The notes under the pieces were generated by a model. That model did not search any database, was not told the origin of the DNA, and worked only from the letters and a program-made list of their open reading frames with translations. Of a stretch of 64,000 nucleotides of DNA, positions 1 to 8,691 are shown piece by piece. The DNA comes from Clostridia bacterium (GTDB lineage Bacteria > Bacillota > Clostridia > UMGS1883). Position numbers and translations under genes: made by a program. The stretch is taken from the NCBI GenBank assembly GCA_017411435.1, contig JAFQQD010000031.1, positions 99,777 to 163,776 of the forward strand, in the 5' to 3' direction. Numbering within the stretch: the first letter of the stretch is position 1; each line of letters begins with the position of its first letter.

Positions 1-1
1 T

Positions 2-256
2 GGCACAGTATTTACCGATGCGCCGCTTGAAACTGTGAATGTTGAGCAAAAATCACTTTGTGGCGATTGTGATATATGTGCAAAAAATTGCGGTGCCATG
101 GCAATTAAGAATAAAGAGTTTGAGTGCGGTATGACACGCGAAGATATTTTCGATGCAAAGGCGTGCAGCGACTATATGAAAGAAAAGTTCAAGCACATCG
201 GCAGAGGAGCCGTATGTGGAGTATGTATAAAATCTTGCCCTAGGGGTATAAAATAA
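2..256 (+). CDS. C-terminal end of a 4Fe-4S cluster-binding protein. The ORF is open to the window edge; the gene is 5'-truncated by the window.
   Basis: The reading frame is open from position 2 (GTVFTDAPLETVNVEQK...). There are two Cys clusters, CGDCDICAKNCG and CGVCIKSCP, of the ferredoxin CxxCxxCxxxC(P/G) type. The annotated GTG at 35 is internal. A QueG-like or other ferredoxin-domain enzyme is possible but not resolvable from sequence. Confidence 0.4.
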   Translation, partial: GTVFTDAPLETVNVEQKSLCGDCDICAKNCGAMAIKNKEFECGMTREDIFDAKACSDYMKEKFKHIGRGAVCGVCIKSCPRGIK

Positions 257-290
257 AAACAGTGCGGACGGAAGTCCGCACTGTTTTTCA
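256..290. terminator. Bidirectional rho-independent terminator between convergent genes.
   Basis: aaaaaCAGTGCGGACggaaGTCCGCACTGttttt: a perfect 10-bp stem and a 4-nt loop, with A-run and T-run flanks. Confidence 0.8.
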
Positions 291-298
291 GATATAGT

Positions 299-514
299 TT
301 AGTGCATTTGTTTTGCAGGAATCTTTTCCTTGAACAAAAGTGTAATACACCAAAGTCCTGCAAGTCCGATTACCGTGTAGATAATTCTGCTCAAGATAGC
401 TGTCTGACCACCGCACAAAAGTGCAACAAGGTCAATACCGAAAAGGCCGATTAAGCCCCAGTTAATAGCACCGGCAATTGCCAGTACCAATGCTGTGTTA
501 TCCATCAAAATCAA
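299..514 (-). CDS. DUF378-family small membrane protein.
   Basis: 71 aa. It has two hydrophobic helices and the AINWGLIGLFG...LSRIIYTVIGLAGL signature typical of DUF378 (YuzA-like). Confidence 0.75.
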   Translation of the reverse strand: MILMDNTALVLAIAGAINWGLIGLFGIDLVALLCGGQTAILSRIIYTVIGLAGLWCITLLFKEKIPAKQMH

Positions 515-574
515 CTCCTTTTATGACTATTATAGTCAGGCGGGAAAAATTTTATACATATATAAAAATTATTT

Positions 575-602
575 TGTTTTTATATGTGATATATGGTATA
601 AT
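575..602 (+). promoter_or_regulatory. Candidate sigma-A promoter with an extended -10 element.
   Basis: TTGTTT (575-580), a 16-nt spacer, then TGGTATAAT (594-602). The downstream RBS is GGTGA and the ATG is at 618. Confidence 0.45.
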
Positions 603-617
603 TTTTATGGTGATTTT

Positions 618-1100
618 ATGTATTGCTGTTTTACCGGACACAGAAAACTAAATACCTGTGGCAAGCTGAAAGAGGTCTTATCGGAAGTAATTGATACTGC
701 CATAGCTGACGGATATACTGACTTCTACTGCGGAATGGCATTAGGTGTTGATATGTGCGCCGCTGAAATAATAATCTCTAAAGCGAAAGAAAACCCTGCG
801 CTCAATCTTCACGCGGCTCTCCCCTGTGCTGAGCAGGACTTGAAGTGGACTGAGGAAGAACAAAAGCATTATGAAGAAATTTTGTCCCACGCAAGCACTA
901 AAACAATCATAAGCCCGTTTTACACAAAAAGTTGTATGCTCTCTCGCAACCGATTTATGGTAGATAATTCCGAAAGGGTTATTGCCGTGTGGAATGGTTC
1001 TGTGCGCGGAGGAACGGCATACACAGTACGATACGCAAAAAAAGAAAATAAAGAAATACATCTGATAAGGCCAAAGGATTTGTCGGTTACAGTATTATAA
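618..1100 (+). CDS. SLOG-superfamily protein, DUF1273/YpsA-like (Rossmann fold, DprA/LOG-like).
   Basis: The annotated ORF starts at 495, but the plausible start is ATG 618 (MYCCFTGHRKL...) preceded by a GGTGA RBS and a promoter. Motifs: TGHR(K)L, GMALGVDxxAAE and VWNGSVRGGTAYTVRYA, which match the G-x-A-x-G-x-D...A and GG-T pattern of the YpsA/DprA-like SLOG fold. Confidence 0.5.
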   Translation: MYCCFTGHRKLNTCGKLKEVLSEVIDTAIADGYTDFYCGMALGVDMCAAEIIISKAKENPALNLHAALPCAEQDLKWTEEEQKHYEEILSHASTKTIISPFYTKSCMLSRNRFMVDNSERVIAVWNGSVRGGTAYTVRYAKKENKEIHLIRPKDLSVTVL

Positions 1101-1124
1101 AAGCGAGTTCGTACGAACTCGCTT
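1101..1124. repeat. Perfect palindromic hairpin (host terminator), left copy flanking the repeated element.
   Basis: AAGCGAGTTCGTACGAACTCGCTT. The identical 24-mer recurs at 1398-1421. Confidence 0.85.
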
Positions 1125-1397
1125 CAGCGTGTCGATAAACCTATCGGCACGCTGCCAGACGCGGAAAAAGGAAGGTAAATTTGTTCAACACGAACTCGTA
1201 GGCGCACGAGGGTGCGGTAGAGGGCGTGTTGGACGAAAGTAAGCAAAAACCCTGAAAATTGCAATTTTCAGGGTTTTTTATTATGTGACTAATGGTGTTT
1301 TTTGTTCTTTTATAAGCTTATCGAAAATTTCCAGGCGCTGCAAAAAATATTTACTATTTATTTTTGCTTGCGTTTGACCGACTTTTTCGACAGTCTG
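1125..1397. mobile_element. MITE-like non-autonomous element, copy 1 (~273 bp), with imperfect terminal inverted repeats and an internal bidirectional terminator.
   Basis: About 97% identical to 22368-22639. The terminal inverted repeats (TIRs) are TTCAGCGTGTCGATAAAC at the left end and TTCAGACTGTCGAAAAAG as the reverse complement of the right end. The element is flanked by a duplicated 24-bp palindrome. It contains a hairpin GCGTGTCGATAaaccTATCGGCACGC and a terminator at 1245-1280. Confidence 0.6.
1245..1280. terminator. Bidirectional intrinsic terminator inside the repeated element.
   Basis: aaaaaCCCTGAAAATTgcAATTTTCAGGGtttttt: a 10-11 bp stem with A-run and T-run flanks. Conserved in copy 2 (22488-22523). 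Confidence 0.75.
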
Positions 1398-1421
1398 AAG
1401 CGAGTTCGTACGAACTCGCTT
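1398..1421. repeat. Right-flank copy of the 24-bp palindromic hairpin. It is followed by a T-run and acts as a terminator.
   Basis: AAGCGAGTTCGTACGAACTCGCTT followed by TTCTATATC. It directly abuts the hydF stop at 1424. Confidence 0.85.
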
Positions 1422-1423
1422 TT

Positions 1424-2614
1424 CTATATCATCTTATATATTTCGGGGAATACTTCTATACTCTGTTTGAGGATCCCGTTTATATAGGCAATCATTATTC
1501 CGTAGTTTGTGAATGGAATACCCTGCTCTTTTGCCTTTTCCTTGCGGTTTAATACTTCTTTTTCGGTTATCATACATCCGCCGCAATGAAGGACAAGCGC
1601 ATAATCACCCAAGTCCTCGGGAAAGCCTTTTCCCGATGTGAATTCAAACTCAATATTTTTACCTGTATGCTTTTTAATCCATGCAGGAATTTTTACTGTA
1701 CCTATGTCGTTACACTGTCTGTGATGAGTGCAACCTTCAGCGACTAGTATTTTATCTCCGTCAGAAAGAGATTCTATCTTCGCTACTGCCTTTACGGCAT
1801 CTTCAAGTATTCCTTTATAGGATGCGAAGAGGATTGAAAACGAAGTAAGAAGCACTCCATCGGGCACCATTTTTGAAACTGTAGCGAAGACCTGACTATC
1901 TGTAATGATGCATTTTGGCTTTTCCTTAAGCCCTGAAAGTGCACTTTCGAGATTTTCAGGCTGCAGTACTATTGCAGTTGCTCCGATATCAAGCAGATTG
2001 CGAAGAACATTCTGCTGAGGCAGAATTATCCTGCCCTTTGGAGCAGATTCGTCAATCGGAGTGACGAGAATTACTGTATCCCCTTTTTTCACAAAGGAAT
2101 CAACAATCCTCATCTTGTTTGATTGTGCAGGAATAATTTCTGCAAGTTTCTTTTTAAGTTCTTCTATCCCTTCTTTAGTTTTGGCGCTGACATAGAATTT
2201 GCCATCTTCGCGTGAGGACACTTCATCAGCCTTATTAAACACAGTTATATAAGGGATTTTCTTTTCAGAAAGCAAATTTTCAATTTCCCTGTCCTTCTCA
2301 GTTTTGCCTTCCGATGCATCGCAAACCAAAACTGCGGCATGAACATCTTCCATTGCTTTTACAGTATTTCTGACACGCTCTTTTCCAAGAGCTGTATCAT
2401 CGTCAAACCCTGCGGTATCTACTATCACGCATGGACCGATGGGCAGAATTTCCATAGCCTTTCTGATTACATCGGTAGTTGTTCCGCGGACATCAGAAAC
2501 AAGCGCTACACCCTGATTTGTGAGCGCATTTACAAGGCTTGATTTACCTCTGTTTGTGCATCCGAAAAAGCCTATATGCACTCTCTCAGATGACGGTGTA
2601 TCGTTAAGACCCAT
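1424..2614 (-). CDS. hydF: [FeFe]-hydrogenase maturation GTPase HydF.
   Basis: 396 aa. N-terminal GTPase domain (GCTNRGKSSLVNAL, DTAG, NKAD). C-terminal [4Fe-4S] ligand motif CTHHRQC...HCGGC (CxH...HCxxC), characteristic of HydF. Confidence 0.85.
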   Translation of the reverse strand: MGLNDTPSSERVHIGFFGCTNRGKSSLVNALTNQGVALVSDVRGTTTDVIRKAMEILPIGPCVIVDTAGFDDDTALGKERVRNTVKAMEDVHAAVLVCDASEGKTEKDREIENLLSEKKIPYITVFNKADEVSSREDGKFYVSAKTKEGIEELKKKLAEIIPAQSNKMRIVDSFVKKGDTVILVTPIDESAPKGRIILPQQNVLRNLLDIGATAIVLQPENLESALSGLKEKPKCIITDSQVFATVSKMVPDGVLLTSFSILFASYKGILEDAVKAVAKIESLSDGDKILVAEGCTHHRQCNDIGTVKIPAWIKKHTGKNIEFEFTSGKGFPEDLGDYALVLHCGGCMITEKEVLNRKEKAKEQGIPFTNYGIMIAYINGILKQSIEVFPEIYKMI

Positions 2615-2626
2615 ATTAGTCCCTTC

Positions 2627-3031
2627 TTACTTTTTTGGATTGACAATATCACGCCAGTCAAGGTCGCCGCGTGCAAGACCGTGTATAAGAACCTCTGCAG
2701 TTGCGACATTTGTCGCAAGCGGGACATTGTGCACATCGCAAAGGCGGAAAAGTGCACTTACATCGGGTTCGTGTGGCTGTGCAGTAAGCGGATCACGGAA
2801 GAAAAGTACAAGGTCAATTTCATCGTATGCAATATACGCACCAATCTGCTGGTCGCCACCCTGCGGACCTGACAGAAAGCGGTGCACATCGAGACCTGTT
2901 GCCTCAACAACAAGTCCACCTGTTGTTCCTGTTGCAAAAAGTTTATGTTTTGACAAAATGCCCTTATAAGCAATACAAAACTGTACCATAAGTTCTTTCT
3001 TTTTGTCATGAGCAATCAGTGCAATGTTCAT
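2627..3031 (-). CDS. mgsA: Methylglyoxal synthase.
   Basis: 134 aa. The motifs IALIAHDxKK...ATGTTG...[14 protein letters not shown] match the MgsA family. Confidence 0.9.
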   Translation of the reverse strand: MNIALIAHDKKKELMVQFCIAYKGILSKHKLFATGTTGGLVVEATGLDVHRFLSGPQGGDQQIGAYIAYDEIDLVLFFRDPLTAQPHEPDVSALFRLCDVHNVPLATNVATAEVLIHGLARGDLDWRDIVNPKK

Positions 3032-3288
3032 CTTTTGTTGTCTCTCTCCTTTTTAAGCGGTACACTTGCGCTGAGCATACAAACTGCCTCCCCTTCGCAA
3101 GTTACCGACACCTGTGGCTGTGCATTTTTGGGAGCATATTTTTCAAGCACCGCCGAAACCTCTTTCCTCATTTTCTCGATTGTCATATCATATGACACAT
3201 TCATTCTATCATTTATTATAACAGATTTCAATCTGTTTTTTGCATCTTGTACAGTATGAGAGTTTATCCGCGAAAAAAATCTCATCAT
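3028..3288 (-). CDS. minE: Cell division topological specificity factor MinE.
   Basis: 86 aa. It lies immediately downstream of minD with a 4-bp overlap and has the MinE-like N-terminal amphipathic region. Confidence 0.8.
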   Translation of the reverse strand: MMRFFSRINSHTVQDAKNRLKSVIINDRMNVSYDMTIEKMRKEVSAVLEKYAPKNAQPQVSVTCEGEAVCMLSASVPLKKERDNKR

Positions 3289-4109
3289 GCTCTCTTCCTC
3301 CGTTTTGTGGAAAAGAGCTTTTCTAGGAATGTTGCCTTAAATTTTATAAGCTCCACTTCCTGACCGTTAAGACGCGATGCAATATTTGTATATGCTTGTC
3401 CTGCGCGTGATGATGGCATATTTGAAACATATTCTCCCATGTTCGCCGCAACTATGATATCTTCATCATCAGGCACCACTCCTAAAAGGTCAATTGCAAG
3501 AATGTCAAGCATATCGTCAATGCCGAGCATACTTCCGCTTTCGACCATTTTGGGTCTTAATTTATTTATTACAAGTTTTATGTCTTTTATGTCGTGTTTT
3601 TCAAGAAGTCCAATAATTCTGTCGGCATCACGCACACTTGAAACCTCAGGCATAGCAACAACAATGGCACGCTTTGCTGCTGCCACCGCATTTTCAAAGC
3701 CTTGCTCGATACCTGCCGGACAGTCGATGAGAATATAGTCAAATTCCCCTTCCATCTGACGGATAAGATGCTTCATCTGTGTTGTCGTAACAGCACTTTT
3801 ATCCCTTGACTGCGCTGCAGGAAGAAGGAACAGCGATTCAAAGCGCTTGTCCCTTACAAGTGCCTTGTTATATGCACAGCGGTTTTCAACAACATCCACT
3901 AAATCGTACACAATTCTGTTTTCTACGCCCATTATAACATCAAGGTTTCTAAGTCCGATATCGGTATCTATCATTACAACCTTCTTACCTGAAAGGGCAA
4001 GTGCGGCACCGATATTGGCAGTAGTGGTTGTTTTTCCTACTCCACCTTTGCCGCTTGTTATTACTATTACTTCACTCATTTGTTTTTCACCCCATGGGTA
4101 TTTTATCAT
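3285..4109 (-). CDS. minD: Septum site-determining ATPase MinD.
   Basis: 274 aa. Deviant Walker A SGKGGVGKTT, and ParA/MinD family similarity throughout. Confidence 0.95.
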   Translation of the reverse strand: MIKYPWGEKQMSEVIVITSGKGGVGKTTTTANIGAALALSGKKVVMIDTDIGLRNLDVIMGVENRIVYDLVDVVENRCAYNKALVRDKRFESLFLLPAAQSRDKSAVTTTQMKHLIRQMEGEFDYILIDCPAGIEQGFENAVAAAKRAIVVAMPEVSSVRDADRIIGLLEKHDIKDIKLVINKLRPKMVESGSMLGIDDMLDILAIDLLGVVPDDEDIIVAANMGEYVSNMPSSRAGQAYTNIASRLNGQEVELIKFKATFLEKLFSTKRRKRA

Positions 4110-4136
4110 AGTTTGATTTTCCGGTCTATAAGGAAA

Positions 4137-4706
4137 TCACAAACACTCTAATATTATTTCGCCGTTTTCTGTCATTGCAACAGCACTACCGACATTTTCC
4201 CCTTTTTTGTTATAGGAACATACTTTTCCTATTTTTATCTGCGAGGGACTCATATATGTCGCATATACCTTTCCGCTTCCTGTGACATGTGCTGCGCCAC
4301 GAAGAGCCCCTATAACGGTTATATTCCCCTCAGCACGCAGAAGCGCACCGGGGTTTACATCGCCGTATACTACAAGGTCTCCCCTGCTTTCTATAACCTC
4401 GCCGCTTCTTAGGTTTCTTTCTACAACGCGCAGGATTCGCTCTTCAGATGAAAAAGAATATTCAATCTGCTGTTTTGAAAGGCATTTCTTTTTTTCTAAA
4501 ACTATTTTTTCTGAAATTTCTTTCAGGCTTTTTTCCAAAAGCATTTCTTCATCATAGCTTAATTCTATTCCGCTGTAAGATATATTACAGTCTGCGCCAT
4601 GAAAAAGTTTTCTCTCTTTTCCGATGTCCGAAAGGGCATCAGCAAAAGTCGTATCCGAAGTAAAACAAAGTTTAATCTTTTTACCTAATCCTTTTATAGT
4701 AAGCAT
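4137..4706 (-). CDS. minC: Septum site-determining protein MinC.
   Basis: 189 aa. The C-terminal beta-helix repeat region (VVYGDVNPGA...ITVIGALRGAAHVTG) is typical of MinC. It sits upstream of minDE. Confidence 0.85.
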   Translation of the reverse strand: MLTIKGLGKKIKLCFTSDTTFADALSDIGKERKLFHGADCNISYSGIELSYDEEMLLEKSLKEISEKIVLEKKKCLSKQQIEYSFSSEERILRVVERNLRSGEVIESRGDLVVYGDVNPGALLRAEGNITVIGALRGAAHVTGSGKVYATYMSPSQIKIGKVCSYNKKGENVGSAVAMTENGEIILECL

Positions 4707-4720
4707 AATATCCCCTTGAT

Positions 4721-6751
4721 TTACCTTGTCAATACATTTGTTTTTATATCACTTTCATCGTCAGACTCAAAATAACTGTCAACGACTCTTCTTACTGCCT
4801 GTGCCACATTTGCGCCGCTGCCTGCTTTTTCAACTACGCAGGCGATGGCAATTCTTGGTTCTTCGTATGGAGCGTACGCAATGCAGATACCGTTAGTATA
4901 ACTTCCTGCTGTCTGCGCACTTCCTGTTTTTGCCGCAACAGATACCTTGCAACCTGAAAATGCACGCTGTGCAGTACCTTCGGTAACAACCATACGCATA
5001 CCCTTTAAGATTGCTTCCTGATTTTTTTTACTGAGGTTTATCTTTTCAAGCACTTCAGGAGCTGACTCTTCTGAAATACTCCCCTCAACACTTTCGACAG
5101 TCTTTATAAGACGGGGTTTGTAACGCGTTCCGCCATTTGCAAGGGTCGCCATATAATTTGCAAGCTGAAGAGGTGTCGCAAGGGTATCTGACTGACCGAT
5201 TGAAGTCTGACAAACATCTCCTGGATACCATATTCCGCCGCTTTGTTTTCTGTTTTCAGGGCTTGCAACCACACCTGTTTTTTCCTCACCGGAAAGCTCA
5301 ATACCGCTTTTTTGTCCAAATCCGAATTTCTGGGCATACAGATTAATATTCTGGATGTTCAGTCTTCTGCCTACATCAAAGAAGAAAACATTACATGAGT
5401 CGCGTATTGCTTCTGATACATTGATATATCCGTGAGTGCCACCTGTCTGATTGTATATCCAGCATGCCGGCTGATAATCTTTGAAATAAGTATACTTACC
5501 TGTATCAAGAATCTCTTCGTCAGAAGTAATCAGTTTTTCCTCCAGAGCTGCTATTCCCACCAGAGGCTTGAATGTTGATGCCGGAGCATAGGTTCCTGAA
5601 AGAGCACGGTTAAAGAGCGGATTTGACTTATTCTTAAGAAGATTGTTGTATTCCGATGTAAAGGTCTTTATTTCGTAGGACGGGTATGACGCCATCGCCA
5701 GAACATCGCCTGAATTAACATCAATTACAACTATGCTTCCTGCGTCTGCAGCGCCGCCTTCTTTTGCGCCTGCTGCAGAGGCGCTTATACTCTGAATAGT
5801 TTCGGAAAGTGCCTTTTCACACGCAAGCTGCATATCAAGATCCAAGGTCAAACTTACATTTCTTCCCTTGACGGGTGCTTTTTCCACATTCTGACCTATA
5901 CTGTATCCACCGCTTGACTGCTCGACACTTCCTCCACCGTTTTCTCCGCGGAGATAACTCTCCATAAGTTTTTCTATTCCGCTTTTTCCTATATGGGAAT
6001 TTATATTGTAGTCGTTATCCTTATTCTCCTCATACTCTTCGGCACTTATCATACCTACTCTGCCTAAGATATGTGCTGCAAGAGAGCCATAGGGATAGTT
6101 GCGCACAGGTTGGGTTACGATGCTGACATTGGGAAAACTGTCTGCCTGTTCCTTTATTACAGCAATCTCGCCTATCGGAGTATCTTCCGCAAAAAGGTAT
6201 GGCGAAGTGATTGAAAAACCGCGCTTTATCATATTAAGACGCGTTGCCGCAATACGAATACAGTCAGGCTTGGAATATTCGCCTTCATCAATATTGTAAC
6301 GGGATATTAATTCGGACATAACTTTTTTCGCACTGTCTTTCTTATTAAATCCGTTTTCAGTTTTCCACTTCTGTGCATCTTTTTTTGAAACGGTAAAGGC
6401 GTAGCTCCCATTTCTCTCTTCAACGGGAATTATTGAAGCTATGCCTGAACTTGCTGACTGCACAGTTCTGAAAAGGTTATATACAGTTTTATTAAGCTGC
6501 TCGTCCGTTCTCTGACGGTTTGAAAGTATATAGACATTGTAACCGGTTCGGCTTGATACAATTGCGCGTCCGTTACGGTCAAGAATTTCGCCGCGTGCAG
6601 CTGTAAGTTCAATACTTCTTAATGTCCTTGAATCGCTTTTTTCCCTGTAATAGTTTCCGTTTACAATCTGCAAATTCACAAGGCGCACCGAAATCATGAT
6701 TGCGACAAGTGCAAACAGAATGTAAAATGTCACATAACGCCTTGGTTTCAT
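4721..6751 (-). CDS. mrdA: Penicillin-binding protein 2 (elongation transpeptidase).
   Basis: 676 aa. N-terminal TM anchor plus PBP dimerisation domain. Transpeptidase motifs STFK (ASTFKPL), SCN (RDSCNVFF) and KTGS. Located in the mreCD context. Confidence 0.9.
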   Translation of the reverse strand: MKPRRYVTFYILFALVAIMISVRLVNLQIVNGNYYREKSDSRTLRSIELTAARGEILDRNGRAIVSSRTGYNVYILSNRQRTDEQLNKTVYNLFRTVQSASSGIASIIPVEERNGSYAFTVSKKDAQKWKTENGFNKKDSAKKVMSELISRYNIDEGEYSKPDCIRIAATRLNMIKRGFSITSPYLFAEDTPIGEIAVIKEQADSFPNVSIVTQPVRNYPYGSLAAHILGRVGMISAEEYEENKDNDYNINSHIGKSGIEKLMESYLRGENGGGSVEQSSGGYSIGQNVEKAPVKGRNVSLTLDLDMQLACEKALSETIQSISASAAGAKEGGAADAGSIVVIDVNSGDVLAMASYPSYEIKTFTSEYNNLLKNKSNPLFNRALSGTYAPASTFKPLVGIAALEEKLITSDEEILDTGKYTYFKDYQPACWIYNQTGGTHGYINVSEAIRDSCNVFFFDVGRRLNIQNINLYAQKFGFGQKSGIELSGEEKTGVVASPENRKQSGGIWYPGDVCQTSIGQSDTLATPLQLANYMATLANGGTRYKPRLIKTVESVEGSISEESAPEVLEKINLSKKNQEAILKGMRMVVTEGTAQRAFSGCKVSVAAKTGSAQTAGSYTNGICIAYAPYEEPRIAIACVVEKAGSGANVAQAVRRVVDSYFESDDESDIKTNVLTR

Positions 6752-7272
6752 AAGCTCGCCTCCTCTTTGGAGTCACTTTCTCTGTCTTCTTTTTTCTTTT
6801 TTATCTTCTGAGTTAAAATCACAAACAAAAGTGCAAATATTGCTGCAAAAAGTCCTTTTACGAAAATATTTGCGCAAAGTATTCCGATTTTCTGCGGAGT
6901 ATTAATTACTGAATGTAGTACTGCCAGAACAATTTCAAGTGCAGAAACGCTCACGAAAGAAATCCAACTCATAATAAGAGGTGAATTTTCGTTTTTTCTG
7001 TCTGTCGATATACTTACAAGAAGCGCTAAAAACATATAAACCAAAAGATTTATTCCAAACACTTGCCCATACATAACATCGATTAAAATTCCTGCAAATG
7101 CACCAAGAATTGCCGCAGAAACAAAGTCAAGCGAAACTGAAAAAATTATAACGAGTGCAAGCATTATATCAGGCGAACAGGAGAATATTTTTAAGTTTTC
7201 AAAAAACAGGGATTGGATAAGGAAAGATACATATATCCCTATAAATCTAAAAAAGGTTCTCACTCTACACAC
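6748..7272 (-). CDS. mreD: Rod shape-determining protein MreD.
   Basis: 174 aa polytopic membrane protein immediately after mreC. The start may be an internal Met. Confidence 0.7.
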   Translation of the reverse strand: MCRVRTFFRFIGIYVSFLIQSLFFENLKIFSCSPDIMLALVIIFSVSLDFVSAAILGAFAGILIDVMYGQVFGINLLVYMFLALLVSISTDRKNENSPLIMSWISFVSVSALEIVLAVLHSVINTPQKIGILCANIFVKGLFAAIFALLFVILTQKIKKKKEDRESDSKEEASL

Positions 7273-8090
7273 TTCCCTATAAGAACAGTATCAAGTTTAT
7301 AAATATCAATATCAGTTTCAATCACAGCAGTAAGAGTAAGATGTCTGCTGTCTTCTTTTATTTCCGTAATTTTGCCGATTCTGATTCCGCGTGGGAAAAT
7401 ACCGCCTGTTCCGGATGTATCAATTACATCGCCGACAACGGTCTTTGCACTGCGATCTATGTAGTTCATATTACATTTTCCGTTACTGTCACTGAGTCCT
7501 GTCGGCTCAACAATCCCCATATCTCCGCTGCGAAGACAGACTGCCGAAACCGATGTTTTTGTATCAAAAATGGTTTTTACTTTACAGAAATTATAATTTA
7601 CTTCAAAAACCACGCCTACAAGCCCCTCGGGCACCAATACGACATCGTTTACCCCAACACCGTCTTTTTTGCCCTTATCAAGGGTAATTATGCTATTAAA
7701 CTCATCTATTTTTCTGCCGATTACATTAGCACCGACAGTTTCAAAATCCGTACGGGTTTCTTTTAGGTCAATAAGCGCACGCAGACGGTCGTTTTCCGAT
7801 TTGTAGCCCTCGAGCATACGAATCTGGTCATTAAGAGAGGCGATTTCTGATTCCAGTTTTTTGTTTTTCCTGGCATTTTTTCCTGCGGAAGTTATGTTTT
7901 TGAAAAAGTTGCCTGTAGAGCTTGCTACATAACTTGTAGCTTTCTGTACAGGAGATATAACGGTACCGATTGCGTTTGATATAGCGCTGTTCCCCGTTTT
8001 GAAAGAAAATGCTGCAACACAGAGCACCGCCAAAGCTACACAGGAAAATATTATAATATGTTTTTTACCGAATTTTTTCATACATCTCAA
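7260..8090 (-). CDS. mreC: Rod shape-determining protein MreC.
   Basis: 276 aa. N-terminal TM, then a coiled-coil region, then the MreC beta-domain (GDVIDTSGTGGIFPRGIRIGKI). Confidence 0.9.
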   Translation of the reverse strand: MRCMKKFGKKHIIIFSCVALAVLCVAAFSFKTGNSAISNAIGTVISPVQKATSYVASSTGNFFKNITSAGKNARKNKKLESEIASLNDQIRMLEGYKSENDRLRALIDLKETRTDFETVGANVIGRKIDEFNSIITLDKGKKDGVGVNDVVLVPEGLVGVVFEVNYNFCKVKTIFDTKTSVSAVCLRSGDMGIVEPTGLSDSNGKCNMNYIDRSAKTVVGDVIDTSGTGGIFPRGIRIGKITEIKEDSRHLTLTAVIETDIDIYKLDTVLIGKCVE

Positions 8091-8680
8091 TCCTTCAAAA
8101 TGTTTATATCAAATTCCTCACGGAGGAGTTTTGAAAGAGCACACACGGGAAGACCTACAACATTAAAGTAGTCACCGTTAATTTTTTCAATGAATATACT
8201 TCCCTTGCCCTGAATTCCGTAAGCGCCGGCTTTATCCATAGGCTCACGCGTTTTTATGTATGCGTCAATTTCACTGTCTGTAAGAGTGCGGAATGTTACA
8301 TCAGTTTTCTCAAAGCGAGCAACAGCTGTCCCATCGCTGCACCTTATTACACAGTAGCCCGTATATACGCTGTGAGTAGCACCGCTGAGGAAAGTAAGCA
8401 TTCTCTTTGCATCGGCTATATCGTGCGGTTTACCAAAAATTTTCCCGTCCATTACTACGACCGTGTCAGCAGCAATTACATATGTATTCCCACCAAAGGA
8501 ACGGGCAACATCAGTCGCCTTGAGAAGGGCGAGCTGGGTTACCATTTTCTCGGGCGGAAGTGATGAGAGCGCACTCTCATCCACATTGGCTGGGATAATT
8601 TCTGCCTGTATTTCAATATTTTTAAGAAGCTCTTTTCTTCTGGGAGATTTTGATGCAAGTACAAAAAGTGTCTTTGCCAT
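8087..8680 (-). CDS. maf: Maf-like nucleoside triphosphate pyrophosphatase (septum formation protein).
   Basis: 197 aa. LASKSPRRKELL...AYGIQG motifs. The stop overlaps the mreC start. Confidence 0.9.
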   Translation of the reverse strand: MAKTLFVLASKSPRRKELLKNIEIQAEIIPANVDESALSSLPPEKMVTQLALLKATDVARSFGGNTYVIAADTVVVMDGKIFGKPHDIADAKRMLTFLSGATHSVYTGYCVIRCSDGTAVARFEKTDVTFRTLTDSEIDAYIKTREPMDKAGAYGIQGKGSIFIEKINGDYFNVVGLPVCALSKLLREEFDINILKD

Positions 8681-8691
8681 AATCTTAATCC

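Noticed and set aside
1302-1487. ORFs 1302-1487 and 22502-22696 (plus strand), and 22532-22747 (minus strand), which overlap the repeated element.
   Set aside because: They are similar only where the nucleotide repeat is shared. Each runs out of the element into unrelated flanking sequence and through terminator hairpins. They have no RBS and an implausible composition. They are artefacts of the repeat, not genes.
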